Of a stretch of DNA of 64,000 bases, positions 26,441 through 38,672 are shown one piece after another; the first letter of the stretch is position 1, and every line of letters begins with the position of its first letter. The position numbers were made by a program, and so were the translations under genes. Under the pieces are notes generated by a model. It did no database searches, was not told where the DNA came from, and saw only the letters and a list, made by a program, of their open reading frames with translations. The stretch covers positions 1 through 64,000 of the forward strand of contig MCFE01000216.1 of the NCBI GenBank assembly GCA_002104905.1. The letters are read 5' to 3'. The stretch is from Basidiobolus meristosporus CBS 931.73 (Eukaryota; Fungi; Basidiobolomycota).

Positions 26441-26673
26441 TGTTGTAAAAATTTGTGTGCAACATTTTCCTGCATAGTGCAAAATTGTCCATGAACAATC
26501 CTGCCTTCTGGTAGCTATAATATTGTGCACAATTGTTCTTTACAACTGCAGATTGCACCACGCACCCTGGCATGGTACAATGGAACAAGTCTATTCTATA
26601 AATCATCAAGTGAAAACCACATAATCTACTTGTTCTCCAAATCACTTCCAATATCTCCAAGACTCTTACAACA
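26441..26673 (+). repeat. Rearranged copia B 3' LTR carrying a Harbinger right-end remnant (26457-26592)
   Basis: 16 bp of LTR start, then ~136 bp matching ~15200-15333 including the TIR (26578-26592), then ATT and the LTR end. Confidence 0.85.
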
Positions 26674-27140
26674 GTAAGTCCCCTGGATCTTACACATTTG
26701 ACAGCAATATTGCCCATTGTGTCAGAAAAGCCAGCTATCTTGCTGATGGCTGTGGTATCTCCAATGCAGATAATAATATGCAATTTGATCTGACAACCAC
26801 TTAATACTATCCTGCTGGAAAGCATACAAAATTCATCCAGCAATAGATACAGATAGCTGTCCAGGTAGTATGGTAACTTAGGCTCAGATACCAGTGAGAC
26901 TACCATCAAATTTCTGCTCTGAAACTGTAAGATAGGCAGGAGATCCAGGTTGATGAGAATTAGTGGCCTGCAGGATTTGCTAGTAGTGTACTTGTTTATT
27001 GACAATCTATCAATTTCCAAGGCAAAGGTATGGTCACATATTAATTCAAAGCAGCCCTTGCCTCCTGGTTGTTTACAATGTTTGCCATCAAATACATTAG
27101 AAATGTTTGAACTTGGTTGATACTGAATGTAGTACTTCAT
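26674..27140 (-). pseudogene. CACTA transposase relic (upstream part)
   Basis: NVFDGKH..EPKLPYYLDSYLYLLLDEF..GDTTAISKIAGFS; homologous to ~19200-19670. Confidence 0.85.
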
Positions 27141-27191
27141 AGCTTCACACTATTTGTTGGCCTACATGAGCTTCTTCAGATGGGATATTAC

Positions 27192-29775
27192 TGTTGTAAA
27201 AATTTGTTATTCCAACTAAATATGCAACTAACTTAGTCACTTAAAGCATTACCCTCAAATTCCAGGGAATACTGACCAAATTCCATGTTGGAATTTACTT
27301 AGAATATTTTACCAAAGTACCAGGTACCCAAAACAAGAAAATTCTCAAAACTGTCCAAAAAGCCCCAAACTTTGCATGCATGCTCTTGGCACCTTTCTTG
27401 ATCTACTTTATATGCTTATTATGCCAAGACCATGTAAAAGTGTGAATACTACCTTTACATTCAACAAATAAATAAGTGAAAACCACATTATCTACTCTCC
27501 TCCCAATCACTTCCAATATCTCCAAGACTCTTACAACAAGTTATGAGCCCCAAGCTGTCACTCTTTGCAATGTCTACTACTGCTGTTACTGGAATTTTTC
27601 CCTCTGCTGAAAAGCTGGATGGATCTAACTACCAAGTGTGTAAGGCAAAAATTAAGATGCTGCTACAAGAAAGAGGCCTTTGGGATATTGACATGGGAGA
27701 AGAATGCCCTCCTAAAAATGTGGCAAAGGAAGCCTTAAAGTACCAGAAGAAAGAACAAAGTGCCTTTAACTGCATTTGCCTTAATGTTAAAGACAAATAG
27801 CTAATTCAATGCTCAAGAGCAAAGACAGCAAAGAATGCCTGGAAGGCATTAGAAGACACCTACCAGGCATGTTCAGCTGCCAAGAAAATGTATTATGACC
27901 TGATCATTACCGTATCACAAGCCAGGAGATCCAACCAGACTGGAAATAGCCCAAGTTACTATATCAATGAGGGCACAAACTTAGCCTATGCTTATTCAGT
28001 CCATGTTGATGAACCCCTGAATGTAAATGAGGCCCTCAATAGCCCTCAGACAAAGTTCTGGAGATCTGCAATGACCAAGGAGAATTAGGCACTAATGGAA
28101 AATCAAGCTTGGGAATTGGTACCTTCAAATCCTAAGGAATACTGACCAAATTCCTTGTAGGGATTTACTTAGAATATTTTCACCAAACTACCAGGTACCC
28201 TGAGCATGAAAATTCTCAAAGTTGTCCAAACAGCCCCAAACTTTGCACACATGTTCTTGGGACCTTCTTCAGCCTATTTTTCAGGTTTGTTATGCCAAGA
28301 CCATGTAAAAGTGTAAATACTACTTTTACATTCAATAAACCATTAAGTGAAACCATGTAATCTACATGTTGTCCCAATCACTTCCAATATCTCCAGACTC
28401 CAACAATAGAAACACCAATGCTTTGGTACAAGAGATTTGGACACACCAATTTTGATTATGTGCACAAAATGACAAAAGATCAGCTAATTTCTGGTGTAAA
28501 AATTGATCCCCCAGCTAATGTGGAGCACTGTGAAGCCTGCATATATATGGAAAACATGCCCAACAACTGTTCAAGAGCTCTGGGTTAATCAAAACTAAGA
28601 AAAAACCTAGACCTAATCCACTCAGATCTGCATGAACCTATGCAAAATTTATCCTTAGGCAGGATGAAGTATTTAATCACTTTTACTGATGATTATGCAA
28701 GATACACATGGGTCCACTTCATGGAGAGAAAGGAAGAAGCTCTGTCTAAGTACAGGGAGCTTAAAGCCATGGTGGAGAGAGAAACTGGTGAAAAAATCAA
28801 GAAAATATGCTCTGCCAAGGGTGGAGAATAAACCTCAATACTCTTCATCCACTTCTGCAACATTAATGTGATAAAGCAAGAGATTACTGTACCATACTCC
28901 CCACAGCAAGATGGAGTAGCAGAACTTGCAAAGAGCTCATAATCTATATGGCAAGATCAATGATCTATGCTTGAAGTTATCCTATGATTTTTGGGCAGAA
29001 TCAGTTGCCATAGCTGTATACCTTAAAAATAGGAGTTATAGCAGAATAACTTGTGATTCTACTCCATCTGATGCATGGTATGACTACAGGCCAAGTGCAG
29101 AACATCTAAGAATATTTGAATGTACAGCATATACCAAGAAACTGCCCAGAAATTAGTCAAATTTGAGCCAAAAAGTGTAAACGCATATTTTTGGGCTACT
29201 GCAATGAGAGTAAAGCATACAGAGTCTACAATACCAAAGCAAAGAAGCAATCAAGTCCAGGGATGTGTTGTTTGATGAAAATTCAAAACTTTCACAAAAA
29301 ATGACAACAGATGATGACAAAAATCTGATATCACGTTCACCAATTTTCAGGATTGAATCAGAGCAAAACAAAAAAAAATTTGACTCCAGAGGACTCTACC
29401 ACTGTGGTTCAGCCAGAATCAGAGCCCAGGAATATCTCAGAAGCAATCATTTCAATGTCAAATGCCTGCAGATCCAATCATACATGAAATAGCCCAAATT
29501 ACTATATCAATGAGGGTACAAACTTAGCCTATGCCTGTTCATTCCATGTTAATGAGCTCTAGACTGTAAAGGAGGCCCTAAATAGCCCTCAGACAAGGTT
29601 TTGAAGATCTGCAATGACTGAGGAATATCAGGCCCTAATGGAAAATCAAACTTGGGACTTGGTCAAATTACCAATCAACCAGAAATCAGTTGGATGCAGA
29701 TGAGTCTTCAGCACAAAATACAAGGCAGATGGTATAATTGAAAGATACAAAGCAAGACTTGTGGCCAAAGGATAC
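27192..29775 (+). mobile_element. Internally deleted and shuffled copia B relics: LTR 27192-27538, PBS, gag start, RT-linker fragment, partial LTR ~28120-28406, integrase-RT fragments ~28410-29775
   Basis: Piecewise similarity to 22108-25080 with many stops. Confidence 0.85.
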
Positions 29776-29792
29776 ATCTTGGACTCATGACC

Positions 29793-30501
29793 TGTTGTAA
29801 GAGTCTTGGAGATATTGGAAGTGATTTGGGAATAAGTAGATTATGTGATTTTCACTTGATAATTTATTGAATGTAAGTGCAGTATTTATACTTTTACATA
29901 ACCTTGGCATAGAGAAAGTGTATAATATATACAATATGTTGAAGAAGGTCCCAAGAACAAGTGTGCAAGATATGGGGCTGCTTAGATAACTTTGAGAATA
30001 TTCATGTCTTGGGTACCTTATATTTGTTGTAAAAATTTGTATTTCCACCTAAATATTCACCTAACTTGGTCACTTAGATTATTACCTTCAAATCCTAGAG
30101 AATACTGACCAAATTCCTTGTTGGGATTTACTTAGAATATTTTCACCAAAATACCAGGTACCCAGATCATGAAAATTCTCAAAGTTGTCCAAACAGCCCC
30201 AAACTTTGCACACATGTTCTTGGGACCTTCCTTAACCTATTCTGCGTGTTTGTAATGCCAAGACCAGGTAAAAGTATAAATACTATTTTTTATTCAATAA
30301 ATCATTAAGTGAAAACCACATAATCTACTTGTTCTCTCAATCACTTCCAATATCTCCAACACTCTTACAACAATACTTTGATGAATATATTTGAAGTAAA
30401 CCTCAACAACATATTTGGCCAATATTCTCTAAGATCTGTAGGTAATGATTAACTAACTAAGTTAGGTGAATAGTTGGGTGGAATTACAAACTTTTACAAC
30501 A
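29793..30501 (-). repeat. Older, diverged copia B LTR in reverse orientation (PBS at 29781-29792), interrupted by a solo LTR
   Basis: 29793-30024 and 30373-30501 reassemble on the minus strand into one TGTTGTAAAA...TTACAACA LTR. Confidence 0.8.
30025..30372 (+). repeat. Copia B solo LTR
   Basis: 348 bp, close match to 22108-22455; flanks ATATT/ATACT (4 of 5 match) look like a TSD. Confidence 0.9.
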
Positions 30502-30710
30502 AGAACATGCAAACAGATCAAAAATTGCTCTGCTAAGATCTATGATCCATGATCCAAAATCATCCTATGATTTTTAGGTGGAATGAGTTGATACAGCTGT
30601 ATATCTTAAAATAGGAGTTGTAGCAGAATACTTCATGATTCTACTCCATATGAGGCATGGTATTGATATAAGCAAAGTGCAGAGCACCTAAGAATATTTG
30701 GTTACTTGTT
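30502..30710 (+). pseudogene. Highly decayed copia B integrase fragment
   Basis: Recognisably similar to ~24220-24425. Confidence 0.6.
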
Positions 30711-31773
30711 TTCCAATTTACCTCCAACAAGTCCAGAATGCATGCTGTAATATTCAATATGTAATACTTGCTTGCCCAAAAGCTCAAATATGAGAACCAG
30801 TTTGCCATATATAAATGTTTTGCATTAACCGTGGTTACTGCGCCATGAAAAATATCTATTAGATCTTTTTGGCAGGTGTGTATAGTATATATTTGCTCCA
30901 TATTTCTTGGCATTCTTCAAAAATGATTAACAAATCATGATGGGTATATATTCAAATAGAAGTTAGTTGCAGAGTGAAATTAGGAGTAATACACAGTTAC
31001 ACCACTTATTTACAGCTGTCAGTAACTTTTCTTTTAGCATGAAAGGCAAATGCAAGTCACAACCTGAACCAAAAAGGATGAATGGAGGAGCTACCAATAT
31101 TAAGAATTCCTCCTAATGAAGTATAGACTAACAACCAATAGGTAGGGGACTAGTTTGGACTTTGTGTAGAAGTACCATTCAACCAGCAACTAATGTAAGC
31201 CCCAAAAACGATCCATAAATGTTGCGGGGCAGAAAACTACAAACAAACCGTACACCTCCACTTAATTAGCTCGCACTTCAGCCTTACAGAATAAATCCTA
31301 AAAGGACAATGGCTCAAGCAACAATTTGACCAACTCTGAGGAAACGAACTCTTTGTCAGTGGAAGGACAATGATTCTCGAATATATGTAGCGTACAGTAG
31401 GTATTACGAAGTGTGCACAATCAGAAACATAAGTTGATTCAGTGGCATAGACATAAAGCAGAGATAATTTAGTAGATGTGAGTCAATGGGCCCACTCCAA
31501 TCACTCAATCACATCGTAGATAAGCCTAATTCTAATGTTACACCACAATGTCACACACTCCAACAAGATAAACCAGTAATGCGGAATGAGGTCAAATAAA
31601 ACTTTAGTTACGCTGAGAATAAGCAAAGCCTTGTTGGCGATTTTTCATTATTTGGCTGATGTTGGATTGTTCCAATCACCGATACTGATTAACCGCTCAT
31701 ATAACTCGCCTTTTTTCATTGCCCGCCTTCATTTCTCTTAGTACCTTCGATTAACCACCCAAGTTTGCAAAGG

Positions 31774-32760
31774 ATGGATGCTTTCCTTTGGCTTTGTTTG
31801 CTCTGTCTAGCGATGTTTGCCGGTTCTTTCGTCGCTGGCAGCATTCCTCTTTCCTTTCGTTTGTCCGAAGATAAGCTGAAGATCTTGACGGCATTCGGGG
31901 CTGGCCTTCTAATCGGAACCGCTTTGATTGTTATTATTCCTGAAGGGGTTGAGACCATTTATAGCATCAATGAGGCCCCTTCGACCACCGGCTTTGAGAT
32001 CCCTCAGACTACCTCCCTTGCGGCCACCTCACTGGAGAAGCGCTTCGAAAGCTTAGTGTCACGCGATCTTAACCCCAAGGACATCGGAGAGCCATACAGT
32101 GAGATTCTACCCACCGAGGTTCACATAAACCCACACAAGCATATCGGGGCCGCTTTGGCACTTGGATTTGCCTTTATGCTTGTTGTTGAACAGTTTGGTA
32201 CTCATAAGCATCCCCAGAGTACCCACGTTAGTCTTACGGATTTCAGTGAGATGTCGGAGCCTCTCCCCCCAGTTAAACAAAAGTCCACAGCAACCATTGG
32301 CCTGATCGTTCACGCGGCAGCCGATGGAATCGCCTTAGGTGCCGCCTCGGCCTCCCAGCAACCGTCGCTCGAGTTCCTAGTATTCATTGCCATTATGTTG
32401 CATAAATCCACGTCCGCTTTTGGGCTGACCGCTTTCTTGCTATCGGAAGGCCGGGCAAGAAATGTCGTTCGTAAGCATCTCCTGGTCTTCTCTTTGGCTG
32501 CCCCAGTTGGCGCCATACTCACCTATCTATTAATCAATGCCCGTCCCGCCGATTCGATCACTACTCAGCTGTGGACCGGGGTGGTGCTATTATTCTCCGC
32601 TGGCACTTTCCTCTTCGTGGCAGTGGTTCATAGTCTGGGGGAGATCTACAAGACTTCCACCGCTGGCCATTCGGACTCCTCCCTCGGGCTGGTGCAGGTG
32701 CTGTGTATCATGGCCGGGATTTTCTTTCCACTGTTGATCTCAATAGACCATGGTCATTGA
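31774..32760 (+). CDS. ZIP-family metal transporter (ZIP9/ATX2 type)
   Basis: Intronless; multiple transmembrane segments; GLIVHAAADGIALG and IMLHKSTSAFGL signatures; start taken as MDAFLW. Confidence 0.9.
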   Translation: MDAFLWLCLLCLAMFAGSFVAGSIPLSFRLSEDKLKILTAFGAGLLIGTALIVIIPEGVETIYSINEAPSTTGFEIPQTTSLAATSLEKRFESLVSRDLNPKDIGEPYSEILPTEVHINPHKHIGAALALGFAFMLVVEQFGTHKHPQSTHVSLTDFSEMSEPLPPVKQKSTATIGLIVHAAADGIALGAASASQQPSLEFLVFIAIMLHKSTSAFGLTAFLLSEGRARNVVRKHLLVFSLAAPVGAILTYLLINARPADSITTQLWTGVVLLFSAGTFLFVAVVHSLGEIYKTSTAGHSDSSLGLVQVLCIMAGIFFPLLISIDHGH

Positions 32761-33053
32761 TGTATTTATTCACACTGTAACTGGGATATTTTGGTGCCTC
32801 CTGCTTGTACAATAAATCGTATTGATTGAACTTCACGGAAATGTGCAGAGCTTTCTCCAGCGAGAACAGCAAATCGGCCGTTTGGTAGAAAATATCCATC
32901 GTACAGCGTACAAGCGACCTTGTGCAACTACGGCTAGGGCCATAAGAATAATCCATCAGATCAGGTGAACCATCTTGATGTCGATGAAATTTATTGTTTA
33001 TGAAATGTTACAGTGAATGTCGAATGTGGAGCGGGACCGTAGCGGCACTCGTT

Positions 33054-33609
33054 CTAAGCGGCAACCTTGAGGGCCTCGTCTTCGGGTTGCTTCTTATCTT
33101 GAAGATAGTGGTGGTTAACAAAGCGGAAGGCCTGGGTTAGCTGAGCACCTTCGTTGGTGAAGTGGCAGGCGAAGAGAAGGTAGTTCACTGGCTTGACAAC
33201 CAAGGCAAAGCGCATGAAAAGGGCCGAGTACAAGCAGAGAGCTAGAATTGAGCATTGGCCATGAGTACTTGTTAGCTTGTCTGGCCTAGAGTTGTATTCG
33301 AGCTACCTGTGGTCATCTTTCCCGAAATCATCTCAGGGTCTTTGTTGATATCAGCCAAGGCTGCCAAGGGGATTCCCCAGTTAGCAACAGGTCCCCAGAA
33401 ATGCTATGTGGGCGAATTGGTGAGTCGATGGAGGACAAGGGGAGGCAGCAAGGCTTTTCTACTTACAGTACTAGTTGGTGGGAAAGGTGGTTCGAGAGTT
33501 GTTGGCAACGGTTAGTAAGGGAGCAGACATACAGTCATGGGCCGTTACCATACCTGCAAAGATAGTTTCTGGTTTCGGCACTGAAGAGTCTGGAGGCGAA
33601 GGAGGCCAT
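33054..33609 (-). CDS. MPC1: Mitochondrial pyruvate carrier subunit 1 (spliced; includes a 4-nt micro-exon at 33467-33470)
   Basis: Spliced translation [70 protein letters not shown]; not present in the ORF track. Confidence 0.92.
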
Positions 33610-34028
33610 TTTAGGAGCAGATCTTGGTGAAAATGAAATGCCCACCGTCGGAGAAGCGGGCCCCATATATAAGTGTTCACTTGCAATGCAACCGAGGCAA
33701 CCCGATCTGTTAGATGCGCCACGAAATGGAGAAGATTGTGTAACTTGCTCCATGAAGGTGATAGAGGCCAGCAAACTGATTATCCTCCAGATGAATATGA
33801 AGCTACATCAAGCCCTGTGTGAGCCATCTGATCTGCAAATCTAACTTCGCCATACTCCCCACCCGATTGCGCGGTTAATTAAATCAACGCTTTAGTCATG
33901 GATTAAACTCACTGATGTTTTGAATTTGTCCCCGAATCCAGGTGGCCTGACTGTTTACCATTGAATTTTCGTGTGGTTCACGAAGATAACCAGTAGCTTA
34001 CCCATTCCTCGCTTTATGAATCGCTCAG

Positions 34029-37000
34029 ATGGATTTTGATTCTTTAAAGGATATCAAATTACTGCTCGGTAGACAGGGTGGGGATGTTTTGGCCGATATC
34101 GAAAGGGAAATCGCTTTGTTGACGCGTCCCGATCTCACCCCCCCTTCCCAGGTAACGGGCTCTACGGTTTTCACTGACGCTGATGAGCAGGAGCGACAAA
34201 GACTCGAGGCGGAGCTGGAGAGTGATCTGGAGAAATTAGACATCAGCCTCGCCACCGAGGACCTAACTAAGGAGCAAAGCACCACTTTTCAGCAAATCGC
34301 TGCAACAGAGTTGGATAATTACGACCTGAACTCACGTGGAGTAAATACCTCTACACATAGTCATGATGGCCCCGGTGATATGGCTACTTCTAGAGGTGAG
34401 CGTATGTGGAATTTCGAGGACGCCTCCGAGAAATCAGTAGAAGACACCTCGCCAGAACGCCAGATTAATTCCCTGAGTGAGGAAAAGATCAAGCAATTAC
34501 TGGATAAAATCAACCATTTCAACTTTGAAGAGCACGTTGGCATGAACAACGATTCTTTGTCGGTCCACACCGATCCGGGACAAAGGCATATAGAGGTGGA
34601 CCAAGGGGAGCTCTCCCATTTCTCGGATGATGCCACTATCGACCTAGGCCCGGAATTGAACAACCTGAGCTTCTCTTTGTCCCAATCGGGTACATACAGC
34701 CACAACAGTAAGGCCGATATCCACCAAAGCATCCCGACTTCCTCTGCACGCCAGCATCGGCCAGAGTCAAATACTCCTCGGCCAAGTGCCACCATCTCCC
34801 GTGAGAAATTAACCTCATTCGAGATGAATACTAACGAGGAAGATAGTTTGAGAAGAAAAATCGAAGTGTTGTTGGGGGTTAGTAGAGATGTTACTCATTC
34901 TCAGGTAAGGATGAACGAAATCATGTTTATTCCATCTCCCGGACTCATAGATGACGCTACATGTAGGAGGAAAGCCGCACTTCAGTTCGTGTGGGGAATA
35001 GGGACGACGATGGTATGGGCCGGATCCATGAAATATTGAGCGAAGAGCTGATGGAATCAGAACCAGAGTTGAGTAATGAGCACCTGGGCAATTCAAGAGT
35101 GGCAAACCTCACTGATTCGAGCACCAATAGCCGTTCCTTTAAAAGCGGCTCTAGCTTTATGAAGGAGATCGAACGTCAAAGGGAGCTAAGCAGACAATCA
35201 CACAAAGAGTCCGACGATGATTTCAACCTCGACGATCTTCGAGAACTCATACTTCAAGATGAAGACGCGTTAGCAGAAGTATACCATAGCCCGGATGCGG
35301 GCGAATCGGATACACCCGTGGAGCCTCGACTTCACAATCAGAGAAGCAAGGCAGAATTGTCATTTAACTCGGTCTCTTCGAAGCCAAGAATCGACTTTGG
35401 CAGCTTGCTAGACTTCGACAGCTCCCATCCGTCCGATAAGAAAAGTGACAGTAAGTCCGGGTTTGAATCTAGCCAATCCCATCCACCAAACTCGCGCGAA
35501 ACTAGTGTCGACAACGAAGTCCACTCTGGTGAGAAGCATTCTGTCTACAGCATGGAAGAGATCGACAATGAATTCGAGCAGGATTTGAGGGCTAGCGCTT
35601 CTGAAATGCCAACGAATATTACCGCGGACCCGGAGGCGAATCCTGTGGAGCCTCAATTGATCACCAGCACCCCTAGCCGGAACTACCGCACCCAATCTCC
35701 CCAATCGATTAGTGTGTCAGGCATTAGTTCGTACACTGACCAGCTTCCTCCGACATCTCTATCCGACCCAGGACAGAGCCATCACCAAGGTATGCACATC
35801 CCCACCACACTTCCACCAATCAATGGGTGCCTATTGACCAACTCATAGCCTTGGTTCTAGAGACCCTGCAGAATTTGCAAAAGCAAATTGACCAGCTGCA
35901 GATAGAGAAAATGAATGGGACTCGAGAGGTGGAGCAACTCAAGAACAGACTTGAAAAGCAGCGTCTGCGGCTGAAGAGATACGAGAAGTCCCGGGCCCAT
36001 TCCCATAGCTCATCTGTCAAAGGGATGACCTCCTCCCAGATCCATGATCGGGAGTTGGACAAGAAGAAACTGCAGCAATTGATGGCCGAGAAAGAACGTA
36101 GGTTTCACATAAATCATCCCTCGAACCACTTCACCCGTTGAGCCATTTTACTGGATGCATGTAGACCTGCACAGCATTATCGATCAGCTTCAAACGCAAA
36201 ATGAAGAGCTTGACAAAAGAAACCAGCTCGACAAGAACCTTTTATCTCAAAACCTAATCGAGGCACGTGATGAAGCGCTCGAAGCGATCCGCAAGTTTGA
36301 GGAGCAGCTATCCTTCAAAAACAAGGAGATCGAGGCTATCAAGAGCGCGGTGAAGGTTAAACGCAGCAAGAACGACAAAGACGTCAGTGTTCGCTCGGAG
36401 AGTGCTGCGGGGCTTTCCGATATCGATCATTTTCGCACAGAGATTCAGTCGGAACGAAGAGTACGCAAAGTAATGAATAAATACGGACTCTCGCACAACG
36501 AAGCCTTGAAACTTGTGCAGAAGATTGTCCACGATCGCAAACAACGAAAAGAGAGCTTGTCCCGACTTTCCCATGACAACGACTCCGCTGATTCAAAGAA
36601 GGATGCCCTCGCGGAAGATGGCATCACTTCCTCCGATAGGCTAACCCACCTGTCCTCTTCAAAGTTAAAGCGAGCCCCATCCGATCCTTTTATCCGCTCC
36701 GACAACAACCTGTTCAAGAAACTCTATCAGTCCTCGAAGCTGGGTTCCGAAGGGAATTCCTTATTCCGGCACTCGAATCAGTCCCATTCGAAGCCTAGCA
36801 TACTTTCTGATACCTACCGCCGGCAGGAATTGGACTTCTTCGATCACATGACTCACAGGGTGAATGAGAACCGGAACCCAAGCCAAGGCTACGTAGAGGA
36901 GACCCCTACACGCTACAAAGGAAAATCTAGTTTCAGCTTACTTCTCAACAATAGCACGCTACCCCCGTCCAAAAAAAGATTACAGGAGAGTGATCAAGCC

Positions 37001-38104
37001 CAAGCGTCCAACACCAACACCAAAGCTGTCGACCAAGACCCGAAGTCTGTGAGAGGTGTTTCAACCAGCCGCTCTCCGAACGCCCATCAAGCGACGATCA
37101 CATCCACTCCGCTAGGCCCTGAAACTCAACCCTTATACAGCAACATGCCACCCGCTCAAAAGACTCATGCTCACATGAACGGAAATTCTAAGAAGGATGT
37201 AGGGACTCAGAGCTCTATGGTCTTCTCTGAAACGATCGAAGAGCCTAGGACGAAAGATGCCTGTGTTCAGAATTCCACATTCTTTGAGCCGAAATGCAGA
37301 GACTTCGGCAATTCACCTTTGGATGATGGCTCCGAGGAAGAGAACGTGCCCGCAATGCACCACCACTCCCCCATGCATGAATTTAAACTTGGCGAAGGCT
37401 CACCGTCACCAAGGATGTATTACGATGCAAATATGGTGGGGAGGGAGAACCCTACGAGTGCCACAAAGGAAAACCATTCTACATCAGTCGACAACCCGGC
37501 CCATACTCCCCAGGGAAATTGGAAGGTCATCAAAAACGCCACACCGATGTCCATCGCTGCACAGTCCAAACTGCCCGCCAGCAACGTTCATAGAAACCTG
37601 CCGTTCATTGTCGGTACGAACACCGGAAAATCCCATTCTATCACTGTCAATCTGCAGAAGATGTTTTCTGCTCTGCAAAAACATAGCCCCACGCTGTGTT
37701 CGGTATGTCAGGATAGACGTGAGCACGGTAATCCCGGGGCCATCTCTCGCAACCGCATAGACGATTCACGGAAGAACCCTCGCCAAGCCAGACTCGAGAG
37801 AGTGATCAAAACCCTGGAAGACGAGTTCTTACACCTGAAGATACAATACCAGAAAGCGGTCAGTTTGTATGAGGCCATTGATCTCACCAAGCAGCCGATT
37901 CTTCGGGAGCAGAAGAGTGATATTGCCCAGCAGCTGAACGAGATTCTTCAGGCAATGGAGAAGAAAGCAGATCAGATCATCAATTTGCGTGATCTGAGGG
38001 AAACCAAGGCAACCAGAAAGCCTGCCCAAGCAGCCCCAGCAACACCAATGAACCTTAAAATCCTTCGTGGCAGTCGGCTTATCCAAGAAATTCTCGATAG
38101 CTAG
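34029..38104 (+). CDS. Large spliced Ser-rich/coiled-coil protein with a C-terminal Cep57-type microtubule-binding domain
   Basis: C-terminus NLQKMFSALQKH..CSVC..VIKTLEDEFLHLKIQY..MEKKADQIINLRDL matches the fungal Cep57_MT_bd pattern; ORFs 34029, 34991, 35827 and 36155 are separated by intron-like gaps. Confidence 0.7.
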
Positions 38105-38672
38105 ACTCGAAGTTACTCCAGCAACCATTTGTAAATACCCTCTATTTTGATTTATTTGTAATATATATCGTTGACCTGAGGATGAGTGCCATCAACACTT
38201 GTGTGCATGGATGCATCTTATGAGAAAAGAATCACTATATACATATACATATATAAGTACAGTATTATTTGTCTACATATATGAGAATCCACCCCTCAGT
38301 CACGTTGCTGCACAGTGATTTGATCGAAATGGAGCTCATGGTGGTTGCAAGTCACATATCTTGCATTTGATCCCAGTCACTGCTAAGACTTTGCTAGCAC
38401 GAGTTACTTGCACAGTTGCGACAGTAAGGGTATATTGCGGATATTTGTTGCTTCTTAGCTTAGTGTTCAGTTAATTCCATACTCTTCTTATCTGACGAGA
38501 AGAGACAAAACGACAAACTACAGGGGCGGTTTAAAAGGCGTAAGGATTTATCAGGTTTGCGGTAAGTTCTGGGTCATGTTTCCCCAGGTCCTCTTAGTGA
38601 CCGACAGAGATGTTTAGGTACGGTAAATAGACCAGAAAAATACAAAGAGGTTGCTTTGCTTCGACCAGCGGA

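Larger units (their letters stand above)
22108..26673 (+). mobile_element. Near-complete Ty1/copia family B element (copy 2) with 5-bp TSD GTAAG
   Basis: 5' LTR 22108-22455, PBS GGTTATGAGCCC, gag-pol ~22487-26430 with a few stops/frameshifts, PPT GAGTGGGAG 26432-26440, altered 3' LTR 26441-26673; GTAAG at 22103-22107 and 26674-26678. Confidence 0.95.
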
